A DNA stretch of 64,000 nucleotides from Candidatus Buchananbacteria bacterium RIFCSPLOWO2_01_FULL_39_33 (GTDB lineage Bacteria > Patescibacteriota > Patescibacteriia > 2-01-FULL-39-33): NCBI GenBank assembly GCA_001817505.1, contig MHIM01000034.1, forward strand, positions 51,005 to 115,004. The letters are read 5' to 3'. This document shows, piece after piece, positions 9,491 to 19,304 of this stretch; the first letter of the stretch is position 1, and each line of letters opens with the position of its first letter. The notes beneath the pieces are model-generated. The model saw nothing but the letters and a program-made list of their open reading frames with translations, searched no databases and was not told where the DNA came from. The position numbers and the translations under genes are program-made.

Positions 9491-10006
9491 ATGCCAAAAG
9501 TATTTAAGATATTTTATTATTTCGTCCTGATTTTAATTTCGGTCATCGCTTTGGCGCTGATAATTTCAATTTTGCCGATTCCCGGCAATATCAAAATTTT
9601 ATCCGTTCTCTCGGGTTCTATGGAACCGACCATTAAAACCGGCAGCGTGGTTTTGGTTAAGCCGGCGGTTAATTATCGTATCGGAGATATTGTCACTTTC
9701 AGGCCTGATAGAAAAATCCAAACGCCGACAACTCACCGGATTTATGACATTCGTCTTCAGACCGGCCAGCCGATTTATCTCACTAAAGGTGATGCCAATA
9801 ACACGCCGGATACCAAAGAAATTGCTCAACAGGATATTTTGGGCCAAGTTCTATTTTCTATCCCTTGGGCTGGCTATCTTATTGATTTTGCCAAAAAGCC
9901 GATTGGCTTTATGTTGGTTATTGTTATACCGGCAGCGGTTATTATTTATGATGAGATTAGAAAAATTTATGCAGAAGTCAAAAAAAAGCAAGAAAAAACA
10001 AATTAA
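9491..10006 (+). CDS. sipW: Signal peptidase I, SipW/ER type
   Basis: VLSGSMEP catalytic Ser, THRI His, TKGDANN..D; two TM segments. Confidence 0.9.
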   Translation: MPKVFKIFYYFVLILISVIALALIISILPIPGNIKILSVLSGSMEPTIKTGSVVLVKPAVNYRIGDIVTFRPDRKIQTPTTHRIYDIRLQTGQPIYLTKGDANNTPDTKEIAQQDILGQVLFSIPWAGYLIDFAKKPIGFMLVIVIPAAVIIYDEIRKIYAEVKKKQEKTN

Positions 10007-11471
10007 TCATGGTCTTATAAAAAATTCACTGTTTAAAATAGTGGCGCTTTTATTAGCCATTGGCCTTAATTGGTCGGGCCTTTTAGCGGTGACGGAAACT
10101 TTGGCTTATTACAATGACCAAGAGCAATCGCCCATAAATTTTATTGCCAGCATAGTTGATTTTTCTCTAAATAGCCAAGCGGATTTTATACCGGCAGTGA
10201 CGCCTGACCAAGCAGCCGACAAAAGCATTTATCTTAGCAATGATAGCGGCTTTGATTTGCAACATGACTTGGCTCTTAGTAATTTTACCGGTGATTCTAA
10301 TTTGTGTGATAATTTAATGCTTAATGCTAATTTAGGCGGCACCAATATTTATTCTGGCCGTCTTTTGGATTTCACATTTACCACCACCACTTTGGCTGGC
10401 TCAAGTTCCGCCCTATTAGAGCTGGAAGCTTTCTTGGCGGAAGGTGACGAAGCTTTAAAGAATAAAACTTGCAATTTTAATTTGCATGTTTTGGGTTGGC
10501 AGATTGATTCTGCTGCTACTGGCCAGGGTTTTACGGATGATGAAATAATCGCCAATAGCGTTTCTTCTGGTGATTGGATTATTGAGATTCCGCCAACTCC
10601 GGTAGCTACCGGCGATGTCATCATCAATGAAATCATGTGGATGGGCAGCCGGACTGATGATGATCACAATAAAATCGGCGACGAGTGGATTGAATTGAAA
10701 AATATGACCGATCAGGCAATAGATATTGGCCAGTGGCTGATTGCCAATGCCAGAAACAACGGCAATGATTTAATGATTCCGGCCAGCAATTCAATTCCGG
10801 CCAACGGCTATTTCTTGATTGCCAATAATCCCAGAGACAGCGCCAACACCCTGATTGATGTGGAGGTTGATGAAGTGAATAATAGCCTAGAACTCATCAA
10901 TGATTACAATAGCAATGGCCCGATAATTTTAAAAGATGCCGGTGATAATATTATTGACCAGACGCCGCCAGCCGATGATAGTAATTGGCCGGCTGGTGCC
11001 AATGCCACTGATAAGAAATGGTCAATGGAAAGGAATTTAGATCCGACAACCGGCTGGCATACTTGCGATCCGACTGCCCTGACTTTTGAAGAGCTAACTT
11101 TAATGTCTAATTACTGGAAAATCAATGCTCAAAATTACAATTGTGGCACACCGGGCGCCGGTAATTTGTCAGTTAATAATTTAAATTTACCGGCGGTCTT
11201 GACAGATAACAATCCGGGATTAGGCTTATTAGAACTGCCAACTGAAAATCTTGGCGAAAATTGGCCAGGCAATGAAAATACAGAAAATCTTAATGAAAAC
11301 CGGCCCATTAATGATAATACAGGTGTTGAAGAACCGGCTGCTATAGAAGAATCAAGTGAGGCAGTGCCCGAGCCGGAACCCGAGCTCATATCGGAGCCGG
11401 AGCCGGCTTTAGAGCCGACGCCGGTGCCCGATTTGACTGCGCCAGCGCCAACGGTAATTCCGACTGATTAA
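9969..11471 (+). CDS. SipW-signal protein with lamin-tail domain (LTD) and P/E-rich C-terminus
   Basis: Likely start ATG 9969 (track extends to 9690); TLAYYNDQEQS signal; VIINEIMWMGS...DEWIELKN LTD motif. Confidence 0.75.
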   Translation: MQKSKKSKKKQINHGLIKNSLFKIVALLLAIGLNWSGLLAVTETLAYYNDQEQSPINFIASIVDFSLNSQADFIPAVTPDQAADKSIYLSNDSGFDLQHDLALSNFTGDSNLCDNLMLNANLGGTNIYSGRLLDFTFTTTTLAGSSSALLELEAFLAEGDEALKNKTCNFNLHVLGWQIDSAATGQGFTDDEIIANSVSSGDWIIEIPPTPVATGDVIINEIMWMGSRTDDDHNKIGDEWIELKNMTDQAIDIGQWLIANARNNGNDLMIPASNSIPANGYFLIANNPRDSANTLIDVEVDEVNNSLELINDYNSNGPIILKDAGDNIIDQTPPADDSNWPAGANATDKKWSMERNLDPTTGWHTCDPTALTFEELTLMSNYWKINAQNYNCGTPGAGNLSVNNLNLPAVLTDNNPGLGLLELPTENLGENWPGNENTENLNENRPINDNTGVEEPAAIEESSEAVPEPEPELISEPEPALEPTPVPDLTAPAPTVIPTD

Positions 11472-11479
11472 ATATCAAT

Positions 11480-12868
11480 ATGATTAAAATCAAGAAAATA
11501 AAATTTTTTGGCTTCTTGGCTGCTTTGGTATTGGTTGGTAGTTCGGTCTCGGCTATGTCTGCACCAGTAGCAGCGGCAATCGGCAATTTATCTGTTGAAT
11601 TTGAGAATTCTCCGCTTTTTAGTGAGAATAATTTTTTACCCGGTTCGTCGGTGACGCGCTTTGTAAAAGTAACCAATAACACTGATTTAGCGCAAGATGT
11701 TTTTACCGAAACCAACAACGAATTAAATTCTGATAATTTTGGTGATGTTCTTGATTTGGTTATCAAGCAGGGCGGTGCTGTTGTTTGGAATGGTAGTTTA
11801 ACCGATTTTTTTGCGACTGATAAAACGCCGTTGTCGTCCATTAATGCCCAGCAAACTATTCAATATGATTATACTGTTTCCTTAGTTAATGGCGCCAGTA
11901 ATGATTTTCAAGGCAAGACCTTAGGGTTTGATTTGGTGATTGGTTTTTTGGGCACCGGTGATGTGGTGGATGATAGTAGTGGCACAGTAACGATTTCTGG
12001 CAGTAGCGGCGGCGGCTGGCCGGTTGGTTTGATTATTTATAATGAAGCCGAAATTAATGTTGGGGCAACTACGGCTACTATTACTTGGCTGACCAATTAT
12101 TCGGCTACCAGCCGCGTTATTTACAGCGCGGAAAACGAACCACACGACTTTGATTATACTAATCCGCCCAATTATGGCTATGCCCATTCTACAACTGATG
12201 ATTTATCCAAAGTAGTTTCCCATCAAGTGGAATTAACCGGCTTAACTCCCGGCACTTTATACTATTACCGAGCGGTTTCCCAGGCTTCACCGGATACTGT
12301 CGGTTTAAACCAAAGTTTTACCACTGCCGGAAATAAACCTGAACCTTTAACTGATCAAATACCACCAGGTAAGTTCCAGCCAGAATCAGAGGCATTATCG
12401 TCCTTACCGCCAGGTTCAAGTCAACCACCAGGCGCTACTGGCAATGAAAGCCCTAATGAAGTTGCGCAACCGGTTATCACCGAAACGAATCAGGAACAAA
12501 ATGGCCAAGTGGCTGGCCAAGAAGAAGTGTGCCGATCCCGGCCTTGGTGGCTTTTAGCTACTATGATTATTGGTTACTTGATTTTAATGGTTATAAATTA
12601 TTTAGACAGGTTTAACAAGGAATTAACCAATCTTAAAGAACGTTTGAGTTTTATTTTTGCTTTGCTTTTAGCCGCTTGGCCGGTTTTGGTTTATTTTTTC
12701 ACCATTGGTTTTGCTTGGTGGGTTTGGCTGATTGTTTTGGCGGCTTATGGTATTGTTTTAATTTATTATCGTTATGATTTATTATCTTCAAACTATTGGC
12801 GTTTGAGCTTAGCCCTGACTTTGTATTTATTTTTAATGTTGTTATTGCTTAAAATTTTTATTTGTTAA
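11480..12868 (+). CDS. Surface protein: TasA-like N-terminus, Fn3-like domain, C-terminal multi-TM anchor
   Basis: Signal peptide, NFLPG motif, ATITWLTN...HQVELTGLTPGTLYYYR, about four TM helices. Confidence 0.75.
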   Translation: MIKIKKIKFFGFLAALVLVGSSVSAMSAPVAAAIGNLSVEFENSPLFSENNFLPGSSVTRFVKVTNNTDLAQDVFTETNNELNSDNFGDVLDLVIKQGGAVVWNGSLTDFFATDKTPLSSINAQQTIQYDYTVSLVNGASNDFQGKTLGFDLVIGFLGTGDVVDDSSGTVTISGSSGGGWPVGLIIYNEAEINVGATTATITWLTNYSATSRVIYSAENEPHDFDYTNPPNYGYAHSTTDDLSKVVSHQVELTGLTPGTLYYYRAVSQASPDTVGLNQSFTTAGNKPEPLTDQIPPGKFQPESEALSSLPPGSSQPPGATGNESPNEVAQPVITETNQEQNGQVAGQEEVCRSRPWWLLATMIIGYLILMVINYLDRFNKELTNLKERLSFIFALLLAAWPVLVYFFTIGFAWWVWLIVLAAYGIVLIYYRYDLLSSNYWRLSLALTLYLFLMLLLLKIFIC

Positions 12869-12945
12869 AATTAAGATAGTTACAAAATTTCCTGATTTAA
12901 AATAACACCCGGCCGGGTGTTATTTTAAAAGTGAAAACTTTGTAA

Positions 12946-15486
12946 TTATTTCACTGTCGCCATTCCTTCTACTCCATTGCCGCCAAACTTTTTATAAAAC
13001 ATCAATTTCAATATTTCCGTGCCGATAAAGTAAGCTATAACCACACTGAAAATTATTAGCAAGTGATTAATAGTCGGCCGGCTAAAAGAAAATATTTGCT
13101 GTCCCCAAAGAGTTAAAGGAATAAAAACTGTGGCTAAAGCCGCGACCAGGGATAAGGCAGAAAGCAGAACTGACGGTTTTTGAGCCGCCAGGAAGAAGAA
13201 TTTGGTGCGAATGGAAAAAATCAGAACTAATTCAGTTAGAATACTGCCGATAAACCAATTAGTTTGCAAGACCGCCGGTGAAACGCGGTAAAACAAACTA
13301 AAAAATATAAAATCAAAAACCGTGCTAAGCAGTCCCAAAACAATGGAAAAGATTATAATGTCTTTAATCTCGTACTTTTTTGGCGATTTCAGTTCACTGG
13401 TGTCAACTGAATCGGAAGCGATGGCAATCATCGGAAAATCCGAGAGCAAATTAATTAAAAGTATTTGCAAAGGCAATATTGGCAAGAAGTCAACCAATAA
13501 AGAAGCGGCGGCGACAGCAAAAAAATTGCCGAAATTAGAAACCAAAGTCGTTTTGATGTATTTAGTGGTATTAGCAAAAATTTTTCGGCCTTCTTCAATA
13601 CCGTTTAAAATCACGCTTAGATCTTTTTTCAAAAGCAAAATATCAGCTGTTTCTTTGGCAATGTCTGAAGCGCTCTCCACCACCAAAGAAACACCAGCCG
13701 CTTTTAGAACTGGCGCGTCATTGATGCCTTCACCCAAAAAGCCCACCTCATACCTGGTTTGCAGAGCTTCAACCAAGGAATATTTTTGTTCTGGTGAAAC
13801 CCGGGCGAAAACAGAATATTTTTCCAAGGCCTCTATTTTTTTCTTGGCATTAAATTTTTCCCAATTCTCGGCCAATAAGACATTGGCCGGTGCTTCTATT
13901 AAGCCGATTTTATAAGCCACTGCCCCGGCCACTTCCGGACTGTCGCCGGTGATGATTTTTATTTTTACTCCCAGAGATCGGGCTTTTTTAGCCACTTGAT
14001 AAGTGCTGGGCTTGATGCTGTCGGCAAAAGAAACAATGCCTAAAAAATCAAAATCTTTTTCATTGCTTAAATTATTTTTTGACTCAGGATTAGTTTTGAT
14101 AGCGATAGCTATTGTCCGGCGGCCAAGATGGCCCTCGGTTCTAAACCACTTGTAAATCCTGTCTGTTTCAACCGGGGTTAAACTAGGGCAAAGCGGGATA
14201 ATAGCTTCAACAGCGCCGCGGGTAATTAATAAGGTTTCATTTTTTTTAGTTACTAAAGCGATATTTCTTTTGATTCTTGGATCAAAAACATCCTCATTAA
14301 GCAATTGATAGCGGCCAACTTCTCTTTGCTCGCTTTTATTTAATTTCTTCCATAAGGCGATGTCAAAGGGTTCAAGTTTTTTGGGCTGTTTGAAATTTGA
14401 AGCCAAGTTGGCTTGAAATAAAATTTCTTTATCAGTAGTTTTTTGGGCATAGATATTAGCCACTGATAACTTGTTCTGCGTCAAAGTGCCGGTTTTATCA
14501 GCGCAAAGAATTTCAATACTGCCTAAATCTTCCACTGCCGACAACCTTTTAACGATTATTTTTTTCTTGGCTAAATTTCTGGCGCCGCGCGACAGAGAGA
14601 AAGTTGTTACTACCGGCAAGGCCTCAGGAATAACGCCGACAGTCAGGGCAATGGTAAAAATTAGAAGTTCAGCCGCGTCGGCTCTCTCGCCCTTAATTAA
14701 GATATTGGCTAAAAAAACAATTATCAAGGTGACAATCACCAGTTTCAAAATAAAATTAGAAAATTTTAAAATACCTTTTTCAAAATTACTGGTGTGTTTA
14801 ACTTCGGTAGCTAAGCTGGCGATTTTACCCACCGCTGTTTGTCGGCCCGTGCCGATTACTACGGCTTTAGCTTCGCCGATTAAAATGGCCGTGCCGGCCA
14901 AGCCCAAGTTAACGGCTTGATAATAATCCTTAGCTGGTTTTTTAAGGCTGCCGGCTTGCTTGTCAACCGGGGTTGATTCGCCGGTTAAAATACTTTCATC
15001 AACTGATAAATGTTCTAAATCAAGGAAATAGACGTCGGCTGGAATTTTATCGCCGGTTTCTAAAAAAATAATATCTCCCAAAACCAGTTCTTCATCTTTA
15101 ATAACAACTTTTATTCCATCGCGTAAAACTTTAACCCGGGAAACTACATATTGCTTTAAAAGCTGAACGGTTTTTTCTGTTCGGTATTCTTGAAAAAATC
15201 CCAAGCCGGCATTAATTGATAAAAATAAGATCATCATCAAGGCCTCCAGATATTCTCCTAAGCCGATGGTGATCAGCGAGGCCGCTATTAGCAGGTAAAT
15301 AAAAGATGACTTAAATTGCCTGCTTAAAATTTTCCACCATTTTAATTGGATTTCAGACAGGATGTTCGGGCCATGTTTTTTTAGCAGCTCTTTGGCTGAT
15401 TTTGAACTCAAGCCCTTAAAAGCGTCTGATTGCAATTCCTTAATAATTGCCTCCGAGCTTTGAGCGCTATAATTAAGAACCTCCAT
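12946..15486 (-). CDS. Cation-transporting P-type ATPase (MgtA-like)
   Basis: TGES, PEALP, DKTGTLT, TGD, GEGINDAP, SNFGN motifs. Confidence 0.9.
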   Translation of the reverse strand: MEVLNYSAQSSEAIIKELQSDAFKGLSSKSAKELLKKHGPNILSEIQLKWWKILSRQFKSSFIYLLIAASLITIGLGEYLEALMMILFLSINAGLGFFQEYRTEKTVQLLKQYVVSRVKVLRDGIKVVIKDEELVLGDIIFLETGDKIPADVYFLDLEHLSVDESILTGESTPVDKQAGSLKKPAKDYYQAVNLGLAGTAILIGEAKAVVIGTGRQTAVGKIASLATEVKHTSNFEKGILKFSNFILKLVIVTLIIVFLANILIKGERADAAELLIFTIALTVGVIPEALPVVTTFSLSRGARNLAKKKIIVKRLSAVEDLGSIEILCADKTGTLTQNKLSVANIYAQKTTDKEILFQANLASNFKQPKKLEPFDIALWKKLNKSEQREVGRYQLLNEDVFDPRIKRNIALVTKKNETLLITRGAVEAIIPLCPSLTPVETDRIYKWFRTEGHLGRRTIAIAIKTNPESKNNLSNEKDFDFLGIVSFADSIKPSTYQVAKKARSLGVKIKIITGDSPEVAGAVAYKIGLIEAPANVLLAENWEKFNAKKKIEALEKYSVFARVSPEQKYSLVEALQTRYEVGFLGEGINDAPVLKAAGVSLVVESASDIAKETADILLLKKDLSVILNGIEEGRKIFANTTKYIKTTLVSNFGNFFAVAAASLLVDFLPILPLQILLINLLSDFPMIAIASDSVDTSELKSPKKYEIKDIIIFSIVLGLLSTVFDFIFFSLFYRVSPAVLQTNWFIGSILTELVLIFSIRTKFFFLAAQKPSVLLSALSLVAALATVFIPLTLWGQQIFSFSRPTINHLLIIFSVVIAYFIGTEILKLMFYKKFGGNGVEGMATVK

Positions 15487-15643
15487 ATATTTTCCTAATA
15501 TCTAATACCGTAATTATAACATCTTCATTTGACATAATAAATGTTCTGTGAAAAAATCATCATAGCTATAATAGCGATGTTGGTTCATTGACAAGTTTAA
15601 CAACTGCCATTATTGAACAATGGCTTAGAAGGAGGATCTGATA

Positions 15644-17218
15644 ATGATGACTTATTATGACGCCGTGATTATCGGCGGCGGCCATAATGGCTTGGTTTGC
15701 GCCGCTTATCTGGCCCGGCAACGCTTGAAGGTGCTGGTCTTGGAACAAAGACCGGTTTTGGGCGGGGCTTGTGTGACTGAAGAAATGGCTGGTTGTAAAG
15801 TCAGTCGAACTTCTTATGTTTACAGTTTATTTTCCCCCAAGGTAGTCAAGGAATTGAAGCTTAAAGACCAGGGCTTGGAATTACTGGAGAGGAATCCGCC
15901 TTCTTTTACACCCCTGTTGGCTGGTCGCAGCTTGTTGCTTTACCAGGAAATGGCGCGTAGCCAAGAAGAAATTGCCAAGTTTTCTAAAAAAGATGCCCAA
16001 GCTTATCCCCAATATGAAGCCATATTGGATCGCATTGTTAGATTCATTGATCCGATTCTTCATCAAACGCCGCCCGATTTCAACCAAAAAGGGGATTGGC
16101 TGAAATTATTGAGATTGGGTTTTAAATTATTAAAGCTGAAGAAAGATCTTCCGGTTTTAGTGGATCTTTTCAGCTTAAGCGCCTATGATTTTGTGTCCAG
16201 ATATTTTGAAAGTGAACCTTTGATTTCCACTTTGTGCACCGATGGCATTATTGGCAGCATCGGCGGGCCGATGTCGCCAGGAACGGCTTATGTGCTTTTG
16301 CACCATGTGATGGGGGAAATTAATGGCCACCGCGGCCGTTGGGGCTATGTCCGAGGCGGCCTGGGCTCTTTGGCTGAAGCCATCTTAAGAACCATTCTTT
16401 TAAATGGCGGACATTATAAAACCAGTTGTGATGTTTCAGAAATTCTGGTTTATAATAATCGGGCTATTGGGGTAATGACTAAACAGCAGGGAGCTTTTTA
16501 TTCTAAGATCGTTGTTTCCGGCGCTGATTTGCACAATACTTTTTCTTTAATGCTAAAACCCGATCAGCTGCCGGCAGATTTTCGGCTGGCTCTAAGCGAT
16601 ATTGATTACCGAAGCGCCACTTCTAAAGTCAATTTGGTAGTTAAAGGCGAACTTAAATTTAATTGTTACACTGGTCCGGTGCCTGGAACTTTCCATCTTT
16701 GTGAAACTTCGCAGGAAATTGAAAAAGCGGCTGATGACGCCAAATATGGACGAATTTCCGACCGGCTTATTTTGGAAGGGTGCGTGCCATCAGTCGTTGA
16801 TGATACCTTAGCTCCTTTAGGCACCCATGTCATCAGCTTATTGGTCCAGTATACGCCATATAAATTAGCTGAAGGTTCCTGGCAGGAAAAGAAATCAGAA
16901 TTATTAGACAAGGTAATTGCTCGGTTGGCTGAATATACCAATATTGTTGATTTAGATATCTTGGCCTCTGATGTGATTACTCCAGTTGATTTGGAAAATG
17001 ATTTTAAACTAACTGGCGGCAATCTTTTCCATGGCATGATGAATCTTAATCATTTGTTCAGTTTCCGTCCTGTGCCTGGCTTTGCCAATTACCGGACGCC
17101 GATTGAAAATTTGTACCTTTGCGGCTCTGGTACGCATCCTGGTGGCGGCTTAACCGGCCTTCCTGGACACAATGCGGCTAGAGAGATCCTGCGGGATAAA
17201 AAATGGCTGTGTAAATAA
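15644..17218 (+). CDS. Phytoene-desaturase-family FAD oxidoreductase (PYROXD2-like)
   Basis: GGGHNGL Rossmann motif, GTAYVLLHH, LYLCGSGTHPGGG. Confidence 0.88.
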   Translation: MMTYYDAVIIGGGHNGLVCAAYLARQRLKVLVLEQRPVLGGACVTEEMAGCKVSRTSYVYSLFSPKVVKELKLKDQGLELLERNPPSFTPLLAGRSLLLYQEMARSQEEIAKFSKKDAQAYPQYEAILDRIVRFIDPILHQTPPDFNQKGDWLKLLRLGFKLLKLKKDLPVLVDLFSLSAYDFVSRYFESEPLISTLCTDGIIGSIGGPMSPGTAYVLLHHVMGEINGHRGRWGYVRGGLGSLAEAILRTILLNGGHYKTSCDVSEILVYNNRAIGVMTKQQGAFYSKIVVSGADLHNTFSLMLKPDQLPADFRLALSDIDYRSATSKVNLVVKGELKFNCYTGPVPGTFHLCETSQEIEKAADDAKYGRISDRLILEGCVPSVVDDTLAPLGTHVISLLVQYTPYKLAEGSWQEKKSELLDKVIARLAEYTNIVDLDILASDVITPVDLENDFKLTGGNLFHGMMNLNHLFSFRPVPGFANYRTPIENLYLCGSGTHPGGGLTGLPGHNAAREILRDKKWLCK

Positions 17219-17319
17219 TTTAGTTGATTTTATAGCTCGCTTAGCAATAAGCGAGCTTTTTATTTTGGCCAGTGTCAAGTTTAATTAGTTATTAAACTAT
17301 GTTATAATATACATAATAG

Positions 17320-17396
17320 TTAGAAAGTTAAAAGTTATAAAGTTTATAAAGTATTTTTAAAGATTACTTTTAACTTTATAAACTTTATAACTTTAA
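17320..17396. repeat. AT-rich short-period inverted repeat (AAAGTT(T)AT / ACTTTATAA units)
   Basis: AAAGTTAAAAGTTATAAAGTTTATAAAGT ... ACTTTTAACTTTATAAACTTTATAACTTT; a half copy lies at ~2497-2532. Confidence 0.6.
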
Positions 17397-17447
17397 TAAT
17401 ACAGTCAAATTAGTAATTTTGGAATTTTATAAACAAGATAAATAATA

Positions 17448-19004
17448 GTGAAAAACAAAGAAAATAATAATCAAAGAATAATTCTAATCATATTAGACGG
17501 CTGGGGTTTGGGCGAATCAAACAACGGCAATGCCATCTCTTTGGCCAAAACCCCGTTTATTAATTCTTTGTATAAGAAATATCCCTGGACCAAGCTTTGC
17601 GCGGCCGGCAAATGTGTTGGTTTGCCGCTCCAGCAAGTTGGCAATTCCGAGGCCGGCCATTTGAATATCGGCGCCGGCCGAATTATTGAACAAGATGTGG
17701 TGAAAATTTCTAAACAAATAAATACCGGAGAATTTTTTAAAAATCCGGCTTTTATAGCGGCTTTAAATCATGTTAAGAAAGAAAAGTCCAATTTGCATAT
17801 TATGGGCATGCTTTCCAATGATCAAAGTCCTCACAGCGACCCTGATCATTTATTGGCGCTCTTATCATTGGCTCGCCATCATAAAATTAAAAATATCTAT
17901 CTCCATCTTTTTACCGATGGCCGCGATTCGCCGCCGCGTTCTTCGCTGAAAGCGGTGGAAGCGCTGGAAAGAAATTTAAGGCCCAATGAAATAATCGCTA
18001 CGATTATTGGTCGTTTCTATGCTATGGACAGAAAGAAGAATTGGGCCAGCACTTGGTGGGCTTATGAAACCATGACTACCGGCAAAGGCCATAAAGCCAA
18101 AAGCCCCCAAGAGGGCATTACCCGGGCTTATAATGCCGGCATTACCGATGAGTTCATTGAGCCGATCGTGCTTTATCAGAAGAATAAAATGATCAAAAGG
18201 GTTGCCGATAATGACGCTATCATATTTTTTAATTTGCGGTCTGACCGAGCCAGGCAAATGGCCAAGCCCTTTATCCAAAAAGAATTTGAAAAGAAAAATC
18301 CTCAGGCGCTCAAACGCCAGAAAGTTTTAAAAAATATTGTTTTTGTAGCTATGACCGATTTTGGACCGGATTTGGATAATATCCTTACCGCTTATCCATC
18401 TGAAGATATTAGGGACTCGTTGCCGGTAATGTTAAAGTATAAAAAGCAGATTTATATCGCCGAAAAAGAAAAATACGCCCATGTCACTTATTTTATCAAT
18501 GGCGGCTATGCCGATCCGGTTAATGGCGAGAAAAGAATGGTTATTCCTTCACCCCCTGTGTCATCTTATGAGGCCACACCGGCTATGGCCACGCCCAAAG
18601 TCGCTCAAGCGGTTATCAAAAACCTTAAAAATTATGATTTTATCTGTGCCAATATTTCCTCGCCAGACATGATTGGCCACACCGGTAATTTAAAAGCCGG
18701 CATTAAAGCGGCGGAAATAGTTGATAAAGCCCTTAAAAAAATTTATCAAGCGGCTAAAAAAGATAAAGCTATCTTGATTATTACCGCTGATCATGGTAAT
18801 TTGGAATCCATGCTTGATGTTAAAACCAAGGAAGTTATAACTGAACACACGCATAATTTAGTGCCGTTTATTTTGGTAATTAAGGGAAATTTAAAAGCTA
18901 AAAGATTGAAAAAGGATGGTATTTTGGCTGATATTGCCCCTACTATTCTTAAACTTTTTAACATTAAAAAGAGCCGCTTGATGACAGGAGACAGTTTAAT
19001 TTGA
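17448..19004 (+). CDS. gpmI: 2,3-bisphosphoglycerate-independent phosphoglycerate mutase, copy 1
   Basis: ILDGWG, GNSEAGH, DGRD, GRFYAMDR, EKYAHVT, DMIGHTG, TADHGN. Confidence 0.95.
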   Translation: MKNKENNNQRIILIILDGWGLGESNNGNAISLAKTPFINSLYKKYPWTKLCAAGKCVGLPLQQVGNSEAGHLNIGAGRIIEQDVVKISKQINTGEFFKNPAFIAALNHVKKEKSNLHIMGMLSNDQSPHSDPDHLLALLSLARHHKIKNIYLHLFTDGRDSPPRSSLKAVEALERNLRPNEIIATIIGRFYAMDRKKNWASTWWAYETMTTGKGHKAKSPQEGITRAYNAGITDEFIEPIVLYQKNKMIKRVADNDAIIFFNLRSDRARQMAKPFIQKEFEKKNPQALKRQKVLKNIVFVAMTDFGPDLDNILTAYPSEDIRDSLPVMLKYKKQIYIAEKEKYAHVTYFINGGYADPVNGEKRMVIPSPPVSSYEATPAMATPKVAQAVIKNLKNYDFICANISSPDMIGHTGNLKAGIKAAEIVDKALKKIYQAAKKDKAILIITADHGNLESMLDVKTKEVITEHTHNLVPFILVIKGNLKAKRLKKDGILADIAPTILKLFNIKKSRLMTGDSLI

Positions 19005-19084
19005 AAACTTAAAACTCAAAATGCCAAGCGCAAAACTACAATTTAAAACTAAAAATAATACCGCCGAAGACAGAATACCGAAGT

Positions 19085-19267
19085 TTTTATAATGTTGCTG
19101 GCCGAATACCCCTGGCTTTTAAGCCAGGGGATGAAGGCCAGTGTGAGAAAAAATATTGTCGGCGGTAGAGACGGGGCATGCCCCGTCTCTACCAGTCATT
19201 CTGAATTTGCCCAGACCTGCCTGCCGGCAGGCAGGTACTGCGGTTTTTAGACCGCAGTCAAATTCAT
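19085..19267. mobile_element. Multi-hairpin non-autonomous element, copy 2
   Basis: Near-identical to 286-469; lies between the two gpmI genes. Confidence 0.7.
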
Positions 19268-19304
19268 TTTTTAGTTAATTATTTTTTAATTATTTAATTG
19301 ATCA

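Noticed and set aside
9690-9968. N-terminal extension of the 593-aa ORF overlapping sipW
   Set aside because: It overlaps sipW in another frame, and the signal peptide begins only after ATG 9969.
13322-14920. Plus-strand ORFs opposite the P-type ATPase, and similar shadow ORFs opposite dnaX, gyrB and dnaK
   Set aside because: Antisense shadows of well-supported genes.
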